From Phaeosaccion multiseriatum (taxonomy: Eukaryota; Protista; Ochrophyta, other classes): a stretch of DNA of 64,000 bases. The position numbers and the translations under genes were made by a program. The number at the start of each line of letters is the position of its first letter. The stretch's first letter is position 1. The notes beneath the pieces are model-generated. The model did not search any database and had not been told where the DNA came from. It was given only the letters and a program-made list of their open reading frames with translations. Location: contig OZ218956.1 in NCBI GenBank assembly GCA_965112735.1, forward strand, positions 1,860,001 through 1,924,000. Direction: 5' to 3'. Below are positions 49,518 through 60,866 of this stretch, piece by piece.

Positions 49518-52500
49518 GAGTGTGTGTATGTGCGTGTGTGTGCATGTGTGTATGTGTGTGTGTGTTGTGTGTGTCTGTGTGTCTGCGTGTGTTTGTGTGT
49601 GAATGTGTGTGCGCGCGCGTCCGAGAGAGAGAGAGATAGCGGTGGAGTGCGGCCTGTGGTGAAGGCAAGAGATTAGAGTTTTTTTACGGCTCGCTCTTTT
49701 GTCTCCCTTCTTGCTTGCCCCTGACCATGCCCATATGCCTCCTCCTAAGTGTCTCACCCTCGTCCCCCCCCGGCCCTCCCCTTCAACTCAAGGTGGAGGA
49801 GTTTGTGAATAGCAAGATTTCCGGGCCGGCGCGTCCGTGTACGCCCTTCACGGCCCCCTACCTGGGGAGCGCTGTAGTGGATCGAAATAGGTGGGTGGGT
49901 GGGTACGTGGGTGGGTGGGTGGGTGTGTATATGTGGGCGGATGGGGCGACGGGTGGGTGTGTGGATCGGTTCGTGGAGGTTCGGGGGTCGCCCCTCAGTA
50001 GTCTTACGTGCTTGCGTGCATGTGTGCGTGCGTGCGTTTTTGGCTTGGTAGGAGCTACGACCCAACGCCCTACTTCGTCCCGACATTAACCACCCCCCCG
50101 TCCCCTCCTCACTCCTCCATCCTCTGCCCGCAGATGGCGAGACTAACTAAGCACCCACCTTCCTCACTCATGCCTCACCCTGCCCGCAGATGGTGAGACT
50201 AACTGACCACCAACACCCGCCACCCTTCCTTACTCCTGCCTCCGCTGCCCCCCCCCCTGCTTGCCTGCCTTTCTTAGATGGCTGGTGTGGCGTAAGGTGG
50301 GCAGCGGAGTCACTCTCGAGCAGGCTCTCGAGGATGGAAGCTTGTTCCACAGGCTGATGATTGAGGAGGAGGGCGCGAAGGATGATGATGTTGATGATGT
50401 CGATGCTGATGACGACAGTTATGGCGAGGACGAGGACGTAGAGGAAGTGGACAAAGAGGGTGGAGGGAAGGACAGCAACAATAGCAAGAAGAAGAAGAAG
50501 AAGAAGAAGAAGAAGAAGAAGGCATCACAGTGTCTGGGGCTGGGCCGCTCTAGGGCGGAGGCCCTTCAAACGCTGCTAGCTCAGCTCGCCAAGGCCGTGT
50601 CTGCGGTTCACAGGGAGGGCATCGTACACAGAGACATCAAGCCCGCCAATATACTTCTGGACGAGGAGGTGAGTTTGAGTTTGAGTTCAAGAGGGAGAGG
50701 GGACCTCCCGACGGTCCCGGATTTAGTTTCAGATTCAGTCACAGTTTCAGTTTGAGGTTTGAGGGGTGCTGGACTGTCCTCTGCGTTGTATGTCTGAGAA
50801 GGAATGGACTGGGTGTGTGGGGTGACCAGCTCTGCCTACCGTGTGTGGGGTGACTAGCTCTGCCTACCCTGCCCTCCCCCCCCCCTTTCCCCTCTCACCC
50901 TTCCCCTATACTTCGAAGTAAGTTATTATTACATTTACAACTGTATCCCTCCTTTTCCTTTTCCCTTCCCTTCGCCTGCCCTTCCCTCGCCTCTCATCAG
51001 ACGGGATCGATTCGTCTCATCGACTTTGGCTCTGCCGCTGACCTCAAGGGCGCGAGGAAGACGGGCTTCGACAAGAAAAAGGCGGCCTGCAGCCCCGAGT
51101 ACGCCGCTCCAGAGGAGGTAGGTACGCAGGGCCACAGGCAGTGAGTAGGCACACACACCCTGCCTACATTGTCCCTTCACATCCTCACTCCCGTTAGCCT
51201 CTGACCTTGAAACTGACACAGTCCGCATGTTTCCCTCTCTCACTCTCTGTTCACTCCCCCTCCCTTTCCCTCTCCATCTCCCTCTCCCTCTCCCTCTCCC
51301 CTCCCCCTCCCTCCCCTCCGTCGATCAGTTCCTGGACCTGAGCTACCCTTGGGAGTTTGATGTGTATGGCATGGCAGTGACTTGGTTCCGCTGCGCCATG
51401 CCTTATCTACACGACACGTACGTGCAGCACCGCCCCTCCCAACCTCTCCTCTCCTCTCCGGGCCTCACTTCACCTCACCTCACCTCACCTCACCTCACCT
51501 CACTTGCGTCCCCTCCCCTCCCCTCACCTCACTTCACCTCACTTCACCTCACCTCACCTCACCTCACCTCACCTCACCTCACCTCACCTCACCTCACTTG
51601 CGTCCCCTCCCCTCCCCTCACCTCACCTCACCTCACCTCACCTCTCACCTCACTTGCCTCCCCTCCCCTCCCCTCACCTTTCCTCCCCTCCGCTCACCTC
51701 ACATCACCTCACATCACCTCACCTCACCTCTCATTTCACCTCACCTCACTTGCCTCCCCTCCCCTCCCCTCACCTCCCCTCCCCTCCCCTCACCTCCACT
51801 CCCCTCACCTCACCTCCCCTCACCTCACCTTCCCTCCGCTCACCTCACCTCACCTCTCACCTCACTTGCCTCCCCTCACCTCACCTCACCTCACCTCACC
51901 TCACCTCACCTCACCTCACCTCACCTCACCTCGCTTGCCTCCCCTCCCCTCCCCTCACCTCACCTCACCTCCCCTCACTTCCCCTCCCCTCACCCCCCCT
52001 CACACTCACCTCACTACCTCCCCTCCCCTCCCCTCCCCTCCCCCCTCGACCCCCACTCATGCAGCCAGCAGTGGAGCCGGTTCGTGACGGAACTCAAGTC
52101 AGAGGACTTTGACCTCGACTCGTGGCTGCAGGACAAGCTCCAAGAGACAGCCCTCTCAGACGATCTGGTGGAAGGTACGTAAGAGTTGACGTAAGAGTAA
52201 CATGAGGACGTGACGTAATTTCTCCTCACTGCCTCCACTGCCTTACTGACCTCCTCTCTTGACTAAGTAACTAGCATATATATATAATATATATATAAAA
52301 AAATAACTCACTCACTGTCTATCTACCTAACTATCCAACGCACTATTATATGCAGTGACGTCAAGTCAATTGAGGCTGTCGATAATGGTGATCTGACTTA
52401 ACCACCCACCCAACCCCACCCCTCCCACCCCCACTTCGCCCCACCCCATCCCACCCCATCCTACCCACCGCCCCAATCTGCCATCCACTGCCATCCACTG

Positions 52501-54716
52501 CCATCCACTGCCATCCGCCCCACGCACTGCCCCAATCTGCGGGATATCCACTGCCATCCACAGGCTTGAAATTCTTCAACGCTCAGGGCGGCCGCAGCTG
52601 GCGGCTTGTCAAAGCTATGTTGGAGGCTCGCCCCTCCAAGCGGCTCTCCTTGGACGAGCTTCTCTCGGACCCGTGGCTCCTGAATCGCCAACTACTGCAG
52701 CAGCCGCCCAGCAGCTCTGTCCAGGAGCAGGGGAAGGGTGGGGGGGGGGGCGACGTGCAGGCAGTAGTTGATGCCGTGGAGGACGCTAGCAAGAGCAGCT
52801 ATCGGACGGCAAAGAGCTTCTTCCAGGTAGGGGTGTGCACGTGTGTGAGTATGTGCGCGTTCATGCGTGCGTGTGTGTGTGTATGTGTGTGTGTGTGCAC
52901 GTGGAGTGAGTAGACATGGCGACTGACTCCGTTTGGTCCTCTGTCCTTACGCATGACAAGCCTTCCTTCCATCCCAATCCCCTCCTTCCTTCCCTCCCCC
53001 CTCCCCATCCACGACCATCCCACTGCCCCCCCCCCCCCGGGCCCCTCTAAGACCGTGATGGAGGAGCAAGTAGACGTGTGTTCAGTTGAACAGGTAGACC
53101 TCTCTGTAAGAGTGCTGCTGGAGAAACCGCTGGGGCTGAGCATGCGGGAGGGGGTAGACGGGAAGGGTGTCAGCATCGAGGCTCTTGTGCCGGGTAAGAC
53201 ACAAGAGAGAGAGAGAGAGAGATTGTGTGTGTGAGAGAGAGAGGCGTATGGGCAGAGAGGGAGAGAGAAGAAGCGTGTGTGGGCACAAGAGAAAAAAGGC
53301 GTATGGGCAGGGAGGGAGAGAGCACCGTGTGGGCATATTCTCTACACTTCTCCACCCTCTCTACTCTACTCTACTCTACTCTACCATCCCTACCATGCCC
53401 TCTTGTATCACCAACTGCTGCTGTATCACCAACTGCCGCTGCTCTACCCCTCACAGGTGGCAATGCAGAGATGAGCGGTCTGCTCCAAGTGGACGATTCC
53501 CTCGTGCTCGTGGGGGACTACAATGTCAGGGACTGGTGAGTGCAGGCAAGCAACCAGGGAGGGAGCGGGGGAGGAGGAAGGAAGGAAGGAAGGAAGGAAG
53601 GGGGGAGGGAGGGAGAGAAGAATGAGTCCTCTCCTCCACTTACCTACTCGCCCACCCTCCCTCCCTTCTTCCGAGTGTGTCTGCGTCAGCCAGTTCCATG
53701 AGCCCGCTGTGTCCCTTCCTCTGCCTGTACCTACCTGTGCCCCTGTGCCCCTGGTCCTGCGTCTGCCTCTACCTCTACCACTGCCTCACGCCATGTTCGT
53801 GTTTCTGTCTCTGCCCCTGCCCTGCCCCTGTATCACCAACTGCTGCCCCTGTGGAACGCCTCCTAGGCCCTTCTCGGAGGTCATGTCGTGCCTTCGCGTG
53901 TACAAGGGCGACAAGGTGCCACTTCTCTTCGAGAGGGACGCCTCCAGCGAGGAGAAGCATGTGAGTCGCTCAACCACCCAACTAACAGACTAACCAGGTA
54001 GCTAAGTTAGCTTGGTAACTGGCTTGATCAGCAACTACCTCCGGCTACTTTGTACATCTGTATTGTACTTTGTCCGCCTCAGGAGATGGCAAGCTAAGCT
54101 GCTCTGTCAGCAGTGCGTTTTTCTTTTGTGCCTGCCTTTCCTTTGTGTTATTTTCGTCTGTCCGCCTCCTTCATGGATGTGTGTCGGAGCCTCTGTTGGA
54201 GCGACTGTCTGACTCTCTCTCTCCTCCCTTCCTTCCTTCCTTCCTTCCTTCCTTCCTTCCTTCGTTCCTCTCCTTCCTTCCTTTCTTCCTTCCCTTCCCC
54301 GTCGCCCCTTTGCAGCGGAAGTTTACGGATGAAGTTTCGCCGTCGTTTGGAGCGACGTCGGAGGTAAGAAGTAAGAAGAACGAGGAGGAGGGGGAGCAGT
54401 AGGAAGGGGAGGAGAAAGAGGTGTTGGAGGAGCAGGAGGAAGGGGAAGAGGAGGAGAAGGACGGAGGAGGAGAAGAAGCCGCCTGCCTATCTGTGTCCGG
54501 ACGGGCGGGGGGGTGCTCTACAGAGCAGACAAGGCTCTCTCTCCCCGGGTAGTCGGGGCCGATGCCTCAAAGCAGCAGCAGCTGCACTGTGCGATGACTC
54601 AAGTGAAGGAAAGCTGCGACAGGAGCTTCGCTTTGCTTCGCTTTACTTCGCTTTACTTTCCCTTTCTCTGCGCGACTGGGGACCCCGTCTTGACGCTCTA
54701 CTGTCCTGACACTGCA

Positions 54717-54781
<65 letters not shown>

Positions 54782-57407
54782 CGTCTGTCTGTCTATCTGT
54801 CTGTCCGTCCATCTGTCTGTCCGTCCATCTGTCTGTCCGTCTGTCTGTCCGTCTGTCCGTCTGTCTGTCTGTCATGTTCTTTTCCATATATCTGTCTGTC
54901 TCTGTGTGTCCATCTGTCTGTCTGTCCTGACACTCCGCAGTTTTACGACGCCGGCGCTGCCAGCCTGTTGAACAAGCGAGCGGTGCAAGAGGACACTCAC
55001 GTGCTCTCCTCCTTCGTCGTCACACCCACCGCGGGGGGGGGGGACAAGGGGCTGGCCACCAACCGAGTGTGCCTGGCAGGGGTCTTCGACGGGCACAGGG
55101 GAGAAGGGGTGAGTGAGCGAGATGGATACAGTGGAGGAAGGGCGGGTATGTGTGTGTGTGAGTGAGTGAGTGAGTGAGTGAGTGAGACGGACTCAGGGGA
55201 GGCGGAGTGAGTGAATGAGACAGGGTATAGGAGAGGTGGTGTGAGTGAATGAGACAGGGTATAGGAGAGGTGGTGTGAGTGAATGAGACAGGGTATAGGA
55301 GAGGTGGTGTGAGTGAATGAGACAGGGTATAGGAGAGGTGGTGTGAGTGAATGAGACAGGGTATAGGAGAGGTGGTGTGAGTGAATGAGACAGGGTATAG
55401 GAGAGGTGGTGTGAGTGAATGAGACAGGGTATAGGAGAGGTGGTGTGAGTGAATGAGACAGGGTATAGGGTATAGGAGAGGTGGTGTGAGTGGGTGTCTC
55501 CCCTCCCTCTGTGTATGTGCATCGTTCACTCACTCGCTCACTCACTCACTCACTCACTCACTCACTCACTCACTCACTCATCACTCACTCATTCACTCCC
55601 CCCCTCTCTCACTCCCTCCCTCCCTTTCTCACTCCCTCCTTCACTCCCTCACTCCGCCACTCACGCACACCGCACACGCACACACGCCCCCCACCTTAGG
55701 CCAGCGCCTTCCTCGCTGACCGACTGCCCTCTATGGTGGAGAGGTCTCTTCAGCGCCAGCACCGCTCTGACGCGAGTGACATCTTGCCGCTGGCCTGGAG
55801 CGGGCTTGTGGAGCAGTACCAGGCCCTTCATGGGGAGGTGAGTGGGGAATATAAGTCAATGGGTGGGCGGGGGGTGGGATGGACGTGTGAGTGCGTGGGT
55901 GGAGTGGGGTTGTGCATGGATGGGGTGGGTATGTGGCTGGTGTCTTGTGTCCTGCTTTTTTGTGTATCCGTTCTCCTTAGCACTCGCTCTTTTTGTCTTT
56001 CTGTAACCGCGCCCCCATTTAGGACGGCTCCACCGCATGCGTGGCGCTGCTTGCGGAGGGGCACCTTCACTTCCTCAACTGCGGAGACTCAAGGGCCATC
56101 CTCGTGGGGCAGTAAGTGAAGGGGGGAGGGGGGAGGGAGGAAAGGAGGGGAGGAAGGAAGGAAGGAAGGAAGGAAGGGAGGGAGCGAGGGGGAGATCGAG
56201 TGGCATACCTTGGCTGCAACAAGGGTAGTAAGAAGCTGGGCTCTCAAGCTAAATGCGCAAACTGACTCGTAGCCCCCCCCCTCCCCCTCTCTCTCTCACT
56301 CTCTCTCTCTGCATGGAGCGCAGAGGCCACGAGAGCGACGGCAAAGAGGGCCCAGCTGTGATCCGCAGCACGAAGGACCACTCCTTAGAGGACGGGGAAG
56401 AGGTGGAGCGGATAGAGGCTGCGGGGGGGGAGGTGAGAGGAGCGGACGAAAAGAACAAGAACAAAACAAGAACACAAGAAGATATCCTTCTCTTCTCTTC
56501 ACTTTTCTTCCCTTCCCTTCCCTTCCCTTCCCTTCCCTTCCCTTCCCTTCCCTTCCCTTCCCTTCCCTTCCCCTTCCCTTCCCTTCCCTTTCATTCTCCT
56601 CCCTCTGAATGCTTGCTAAAGGCCCCGTGCGATGGATGATAGCCGTCTTCAGATGAGATCATTCCCCTTCTTGGGCTCTTTCTCTCTCTCATGCTATCTC
56701 TCCCTCCCTTCCTTCCTCCCTCCCTTCCTTCCTCCCTCCCTTCCTCCCCCCCGCCCTCCCTCCCTCCCTCCCTCCCTCCCTCCCGCCCCCCCTCCCTCCC
56801 GCCCTCCCTCCCTCCCTCCCTCCCTCCCTCCCTCCCTCTCTCCTTGTAGGTTCTGTGTGTGATGGGTTTGCCCCGTGTACGTGCCGGAAAGTGGGGACTT
56901 TCTGTGGCAAGGGCGCTTGGCGGGGCGGAGTGGAAGGATGCCGCCATCCTGCCGCTCGCAGACTTCCGTACGTGCCTATGTTTGTGTGTGAGCGTATGTG
57001 TGTGTGCAGGCCTTTGGCATACAGCAGGCCCAAATACTTCGACCACCATCGGTTGGAGAATGACGACCTTCCCTAAATCTGAAAGGGAGCAAAGTATCAC
57101 TCACCCTCCCTCCCTCCCTCCCTCCCTCCCTCTCTCCATCTCTCCCTCCCTCCCTCCCTCCTCCTTTGGCATGTGCATGCTGACTCAGAAACCATCAAGC
57201 TGCAACCGATTCACGAAACCGTTGTGGTGGCCACCGATGGGCTGTGGGGCAGCATGGACAGCGGCAGGGTGGCCCAGCTTGTTTCCGAGCTGCGATTTCA
57301 CCAGGTTGGGAGACTGCCTGACTGCCTGACTGTCTGACTGACTGACTGACTGACGACCTGACTGTCTGACTGTCTGACTGACTGACTGACTGACGGACGA
57401 CCTGACT

Positions 57408-57439
<32 letters not shown>

Positions 57440-58339
57440 GCCTGCCTGCCGGCCTGTCTGCCTGACGCTGCCTGACTGACGTTAGTGAGTAAGTGAGTGC
57501 CTGAGTGCACTGACACTGAAAGTGACAGACACCGGTAATGTGAAACCGGTGCTGCTCCTGCTGCTTCCCGTTACGAGAAGTTTCTTTCCTCTTCGCTCGC
57601 TGCACTGTGCTTACTGACTGAGTATACGCTCGACTCCAATGCTTTCTCTTGGCAATCTCCCGCCCTCCTCTCCTTCTCGCACACATGTATCTGACTGGGG
57701 CTGGCACGTCATGGCAGGGCTTCACGGCGGCGGAGGCGGCTCGAGAGGTGTGCGAAGAGGCACAGAAGCAAGGTGAGGGGGAACAGGTGTATCCAAGGGG
57801 GGGAGGGGGGTGAGGGGTGTGTGTCGCAGACACCAAGAGGCAGAGGGAGAAGGAAGGATGAGTGGAGTCGAGTGGAGTGGGAGGGAGGAGGAGAAGGAAG
57901 TGAGGGAAGAGAAGGAGGAAGAGGAGGAGGAGGAGGAGGAGGAGGAGGAGGAGGAGGAGGAGGAGCAGGAGCAGGAGGAGGAGCAGGAGGAGGAGCAGGA
58001 GGAGGAGGAGGAGGCGGAAGAGGAGGCGGAAGAGGAGGCACAACAGCACAGCCGACCTGACTGGTCTACTTCAGCCCCTAAGCCGGACAGGCCACCCAGC
58101 GGACAAGGGCTCCACCGCCCCTCTACACTGTCACTGACCGGCCAACTACGGTCCGACTGAAGTGGGTGCTTCGCCCTCCCTCCGTCCCCCTTCTCTTTGC
58201 TTTGTACCCGCTCTGCTATGCTCTTCTCTTCTCTTCTCTTTTCTTCTCTGGTCTGTCCTTCTGTCACTACTCAGGGGCCGCGGACAACATCTCGGCAGTC
58301 GTCATTTATCTGGATGAGGGGATGGGGATGGGGCAGTAG
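48619..58339 (+). CDS. Plastid-targeted STN7/Stt7-like Ser/Thr kinase - PDZ - PP2C phosphatase fusion protein (~21 exons)
   Basis: Signal peptide + ACA-FV + basic transit peptide. Kinase: [58 protein letters not shown]: LEKPLGLSM...[14 protein letters not shown]...[10 protein letters not shown]2C: [53 protein letters not shown]. All junctions are GT-AG and phase-compatible. Confidence 0.85.
51462..52045. repeat. (CCTCA/CCTCC)n pentanucleotide tract, intronic
   Basis: ~580 bp; produces the spurious SPHLT ORFs. Confidence 0.93.
55207..55492. repeat. 34-bp minisatellite x~8, intronic
   Basis: Unit GTGAGTGAATGAGACAGGGTATAGGAGAGGTGGT starting at 55207, 55241, 55275 and so on. Confidence 0.95.
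57312..57480. repeat. (CTGA)n/(CTGC)n tetranucleotide tract, intronic
   Basis: Read directly. Confidence 0.9.
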
Positions 58340-58723
58340 TCGGCCCCATGCACGCCTAGCGGTTTTGCTCTAGGCCGCTAGGCCGCTCGGCCTTCGGCCG
58401 ATCTAGGCCTAGGCCGGCGGCCTCCGTCCGCTCTAGACCGCTCACTTTTCAGTCCTAGGCGGCCTATATAACCCGCCTCTAGGCAGCCTCCCAGTGACCG
58501 TGGGCGCGTGCGTGGTGCCGCCCAGCCAGTGGGTAGCAGCACACCTGTAGGTCTGCACTCCTCGTAGGGCCAGCGAGGCGGAATAGACAACACGAACGAA
58601 GTCTACTCCTCACCTCCAATCCCATGCAATGAAACTGACTACTCTTTGCACTCTGGGCACTCCCACCGTCCGCCTAGTTGACTGGCGTCTGCCTTAGGCC
58701 GCGCGGGCCTCCGCCCCGCTTAG

Positions 58724-59010
58724 TCGACCCCTGAAACACTATTCGACCCCTGACACACTATCGCCCACATTCTCGATAGCGCGCTATCGGCCCCCCCGGG
58801 GACCGATAGCGGATAGCGTGCCGGCTGGCGCCGGCCGATAGCGGATAGCGCGCCGGCTGGCGCCGGCGATAGCGGATAGCGTGCCGGCTGCGCCGGCGAT
58901 AGCGGATAGCGGATAGTGTGTCAGGGGTCGAACACTATCGCCCACATTCTCGATAGCGTGCCGGCTGGCGCCAGCCGATAGCGGATAGCGGATAGTGTGT
59001 CAGGGGTCGA
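58724..59010. mobile_element. Non-autonomous TIR element (MITE), two nested copies
   Basis: TIR TCGACCCCTGACACACTATC / GATAGTGTGTCAGGGGTCGA. The outer copy is flanked by GCTTAG (58718-58723, 59011-59016). The inner copy 58743-58931 is flanked by ACACTAT (58736-58742, 58932-58938). Internal GATAGCG/CCGGCTGGCGCCGG repeats. Confidence 0.88.
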
Positions 59011-59610
59011 GCTTAGGTCGTCTAGGAGGCGTCTCAAATGAAGGGTAAGGATATGAACTGAAACTTCGTACTGCCTTGAACACTTTTTTCTTTTTTTCTT
59101 TTTTCTATTTATCTCCCTCTCTCTCTCTCTTGTGTCAAGCACCCCCCTTTTCGTACAAAAAAGAGATGGAAAACGAGACACGACCCTGTCCCAGTCAGGA
59201 CGGCGCGGAGAAAGGATTGGATAGCGTAGAGAAGGCGGGAACGGAGGCAGGGGAAGCGCCATCGGCGACAGTCGCCGACTCCTCACAGGTAAAGCGCGGG
59301 CTTTGCAGCATCGAAAGACAGCGTGCTTGGGAAAATTGAGCACCTCTGGTCCACGATGGTCTGGTCCGGCCCTCTTTCCTTCAGTCCCTGTCGCATACCG
59401 TCCCTGGTAAAGCGCGGGTAAAGCGCGGGTAAAGCGCTCCCTATGATGCAAAGATGATACCAAGCCTCTGGACCCCGCCCCTTTCCCACATGCCCTCCCT
59501 CTCCCTTGCAAAATGACACATTATCTCCTCGCCAGATAAAGACCTCGCCAGAGCACGAGAAGGAATGCGTGGCTGTCGCTGGGGGCGACGTTTCTAGTGT
59601 AGCGGACAAA

Positions 59611-60830
59611 ATGGCAGGGGCGTCTCTTGGGGAAGATTGTCTCTTGAACACAGGTACGTCTCAAGGAGACGCGACGATGCACTCCCTGTGCACCTTCCCT
59701 CTTCCTCCCCCACCTCCCCCCTCTCTCTCCTTCTCGATGTCTTTGTCCCCCCCCTCTCTTTTGCGCGCGCTCTCTCTCTGTGTGTGTGTCTGTGTCTGCG
59801 CGTCTCTCTATCCGTGTCTCTCTATCTCTCTCTGTGTGTCTCTCTCTCGCCTCTCTGCATCTCTCTCCCCCTCCCTACATACATACATCCCCCCTCTTTC
59901 TCTACTTCCCCCCCATCTCTCTCCTCCCTCCTTTCTCCCTATTCAAACGCGAACCACCACCGAGGATCAACACCCACTTCCTTTCCCTGTGTGCCCATCT
60001 CCCTCTCCCTTTCCCCTATCCGTCCCTCCCCCTTTCCCTCTATTTTTCTCCTTTACCTCTACCTCCCCCCTTCCCCCCCCGCCTCACCCTGCCCAGTCCG
60101 CGAGTCAGCGAGGGCAATCATGGAGCAGCAGGAGGTGGTGAGCTTCAGCGAAGAGGCCCTGGTAGCGCATGTGGAGAGTATGAAGGACACGCGTGTCTCC
60201 GACATATACAAGTAAGCCCCAAGCGAGCAAAGTAGTGCAATGGAGGGAAAAACAATTAGATCGTTAAGTAGGGAGTAGGGCCAGAGCTCCCCGTCCATTT
60301 CTGGGCGGGCATTATCGCTGCCCTCCCTCGGGATCCTCCTCATCAATCGACTCTGACTGCTGCTGCGGTAGTCACCAACTGCTGCTGTATCAACAACTGC
60401 TGGTGGTGCTAGTGCTCTCCCCTCCCGTCCCTTTCCGAATGAACGGAATGAAGACTGACTCATGGCTCTCTGATTCATCACTGAATGCAGAAAGTGCACG
60501 CGGCGTGTCAGTTACCCGCTGCAGTTCCGAAACGTCAATGAGGAAATCAACTTCCACTGCGTGCTGGCACTGCTTAGGTCAGGGGCGGCCTTCGAACAGG
60601 AGCTCACGGTAAGGGCGTGCCTTTATTGGCTTCATTTGACTTCATTCGTGCTCTCAATGGGGGGGCTAACTGGGCCTCCAATGCCCCCCATGTCTCCCCC
60701 CCTCTCGATTGCCTCTTCCTTTTGTTTTGTCTTGCCTGCGTGTCTATCCCTCCACACTCTCTCTCTTTCTCCCTTTCTCTTTCTCCCTCTCTCTCTCTCC
60801 CTCTCTCTCTCTTTCTCTCTCCCATCTCTC

Positions 60831-60866
<36 letters not shown>

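Noticed and set aside
50123-50215. Duplicated CAG-ATG-G(C/T)GAG as a 3-nt poison micro-exon
   Set aside because: Formally possible, but there is no support beyond a short tandem duplication.
51227-52182. SPHLT-repeat ORFs (extensin-like)
   Set aside because: All three frames are open because of the (CCTCA)n tract. Real kinase exons flank it with GT-AG sites.
55207-55492. 34-bp repeat array as a CRISPR array or repeat protein
   Set aside because: No spacers; it lies within an intron between two PP2C exons.
57773-58160. Poly-Glu / poly-Gly ORFs
   Set aside because: (GGA)n inside the last intron of the kinase-PP2C gene; the conserved DN motif is in the next exon.
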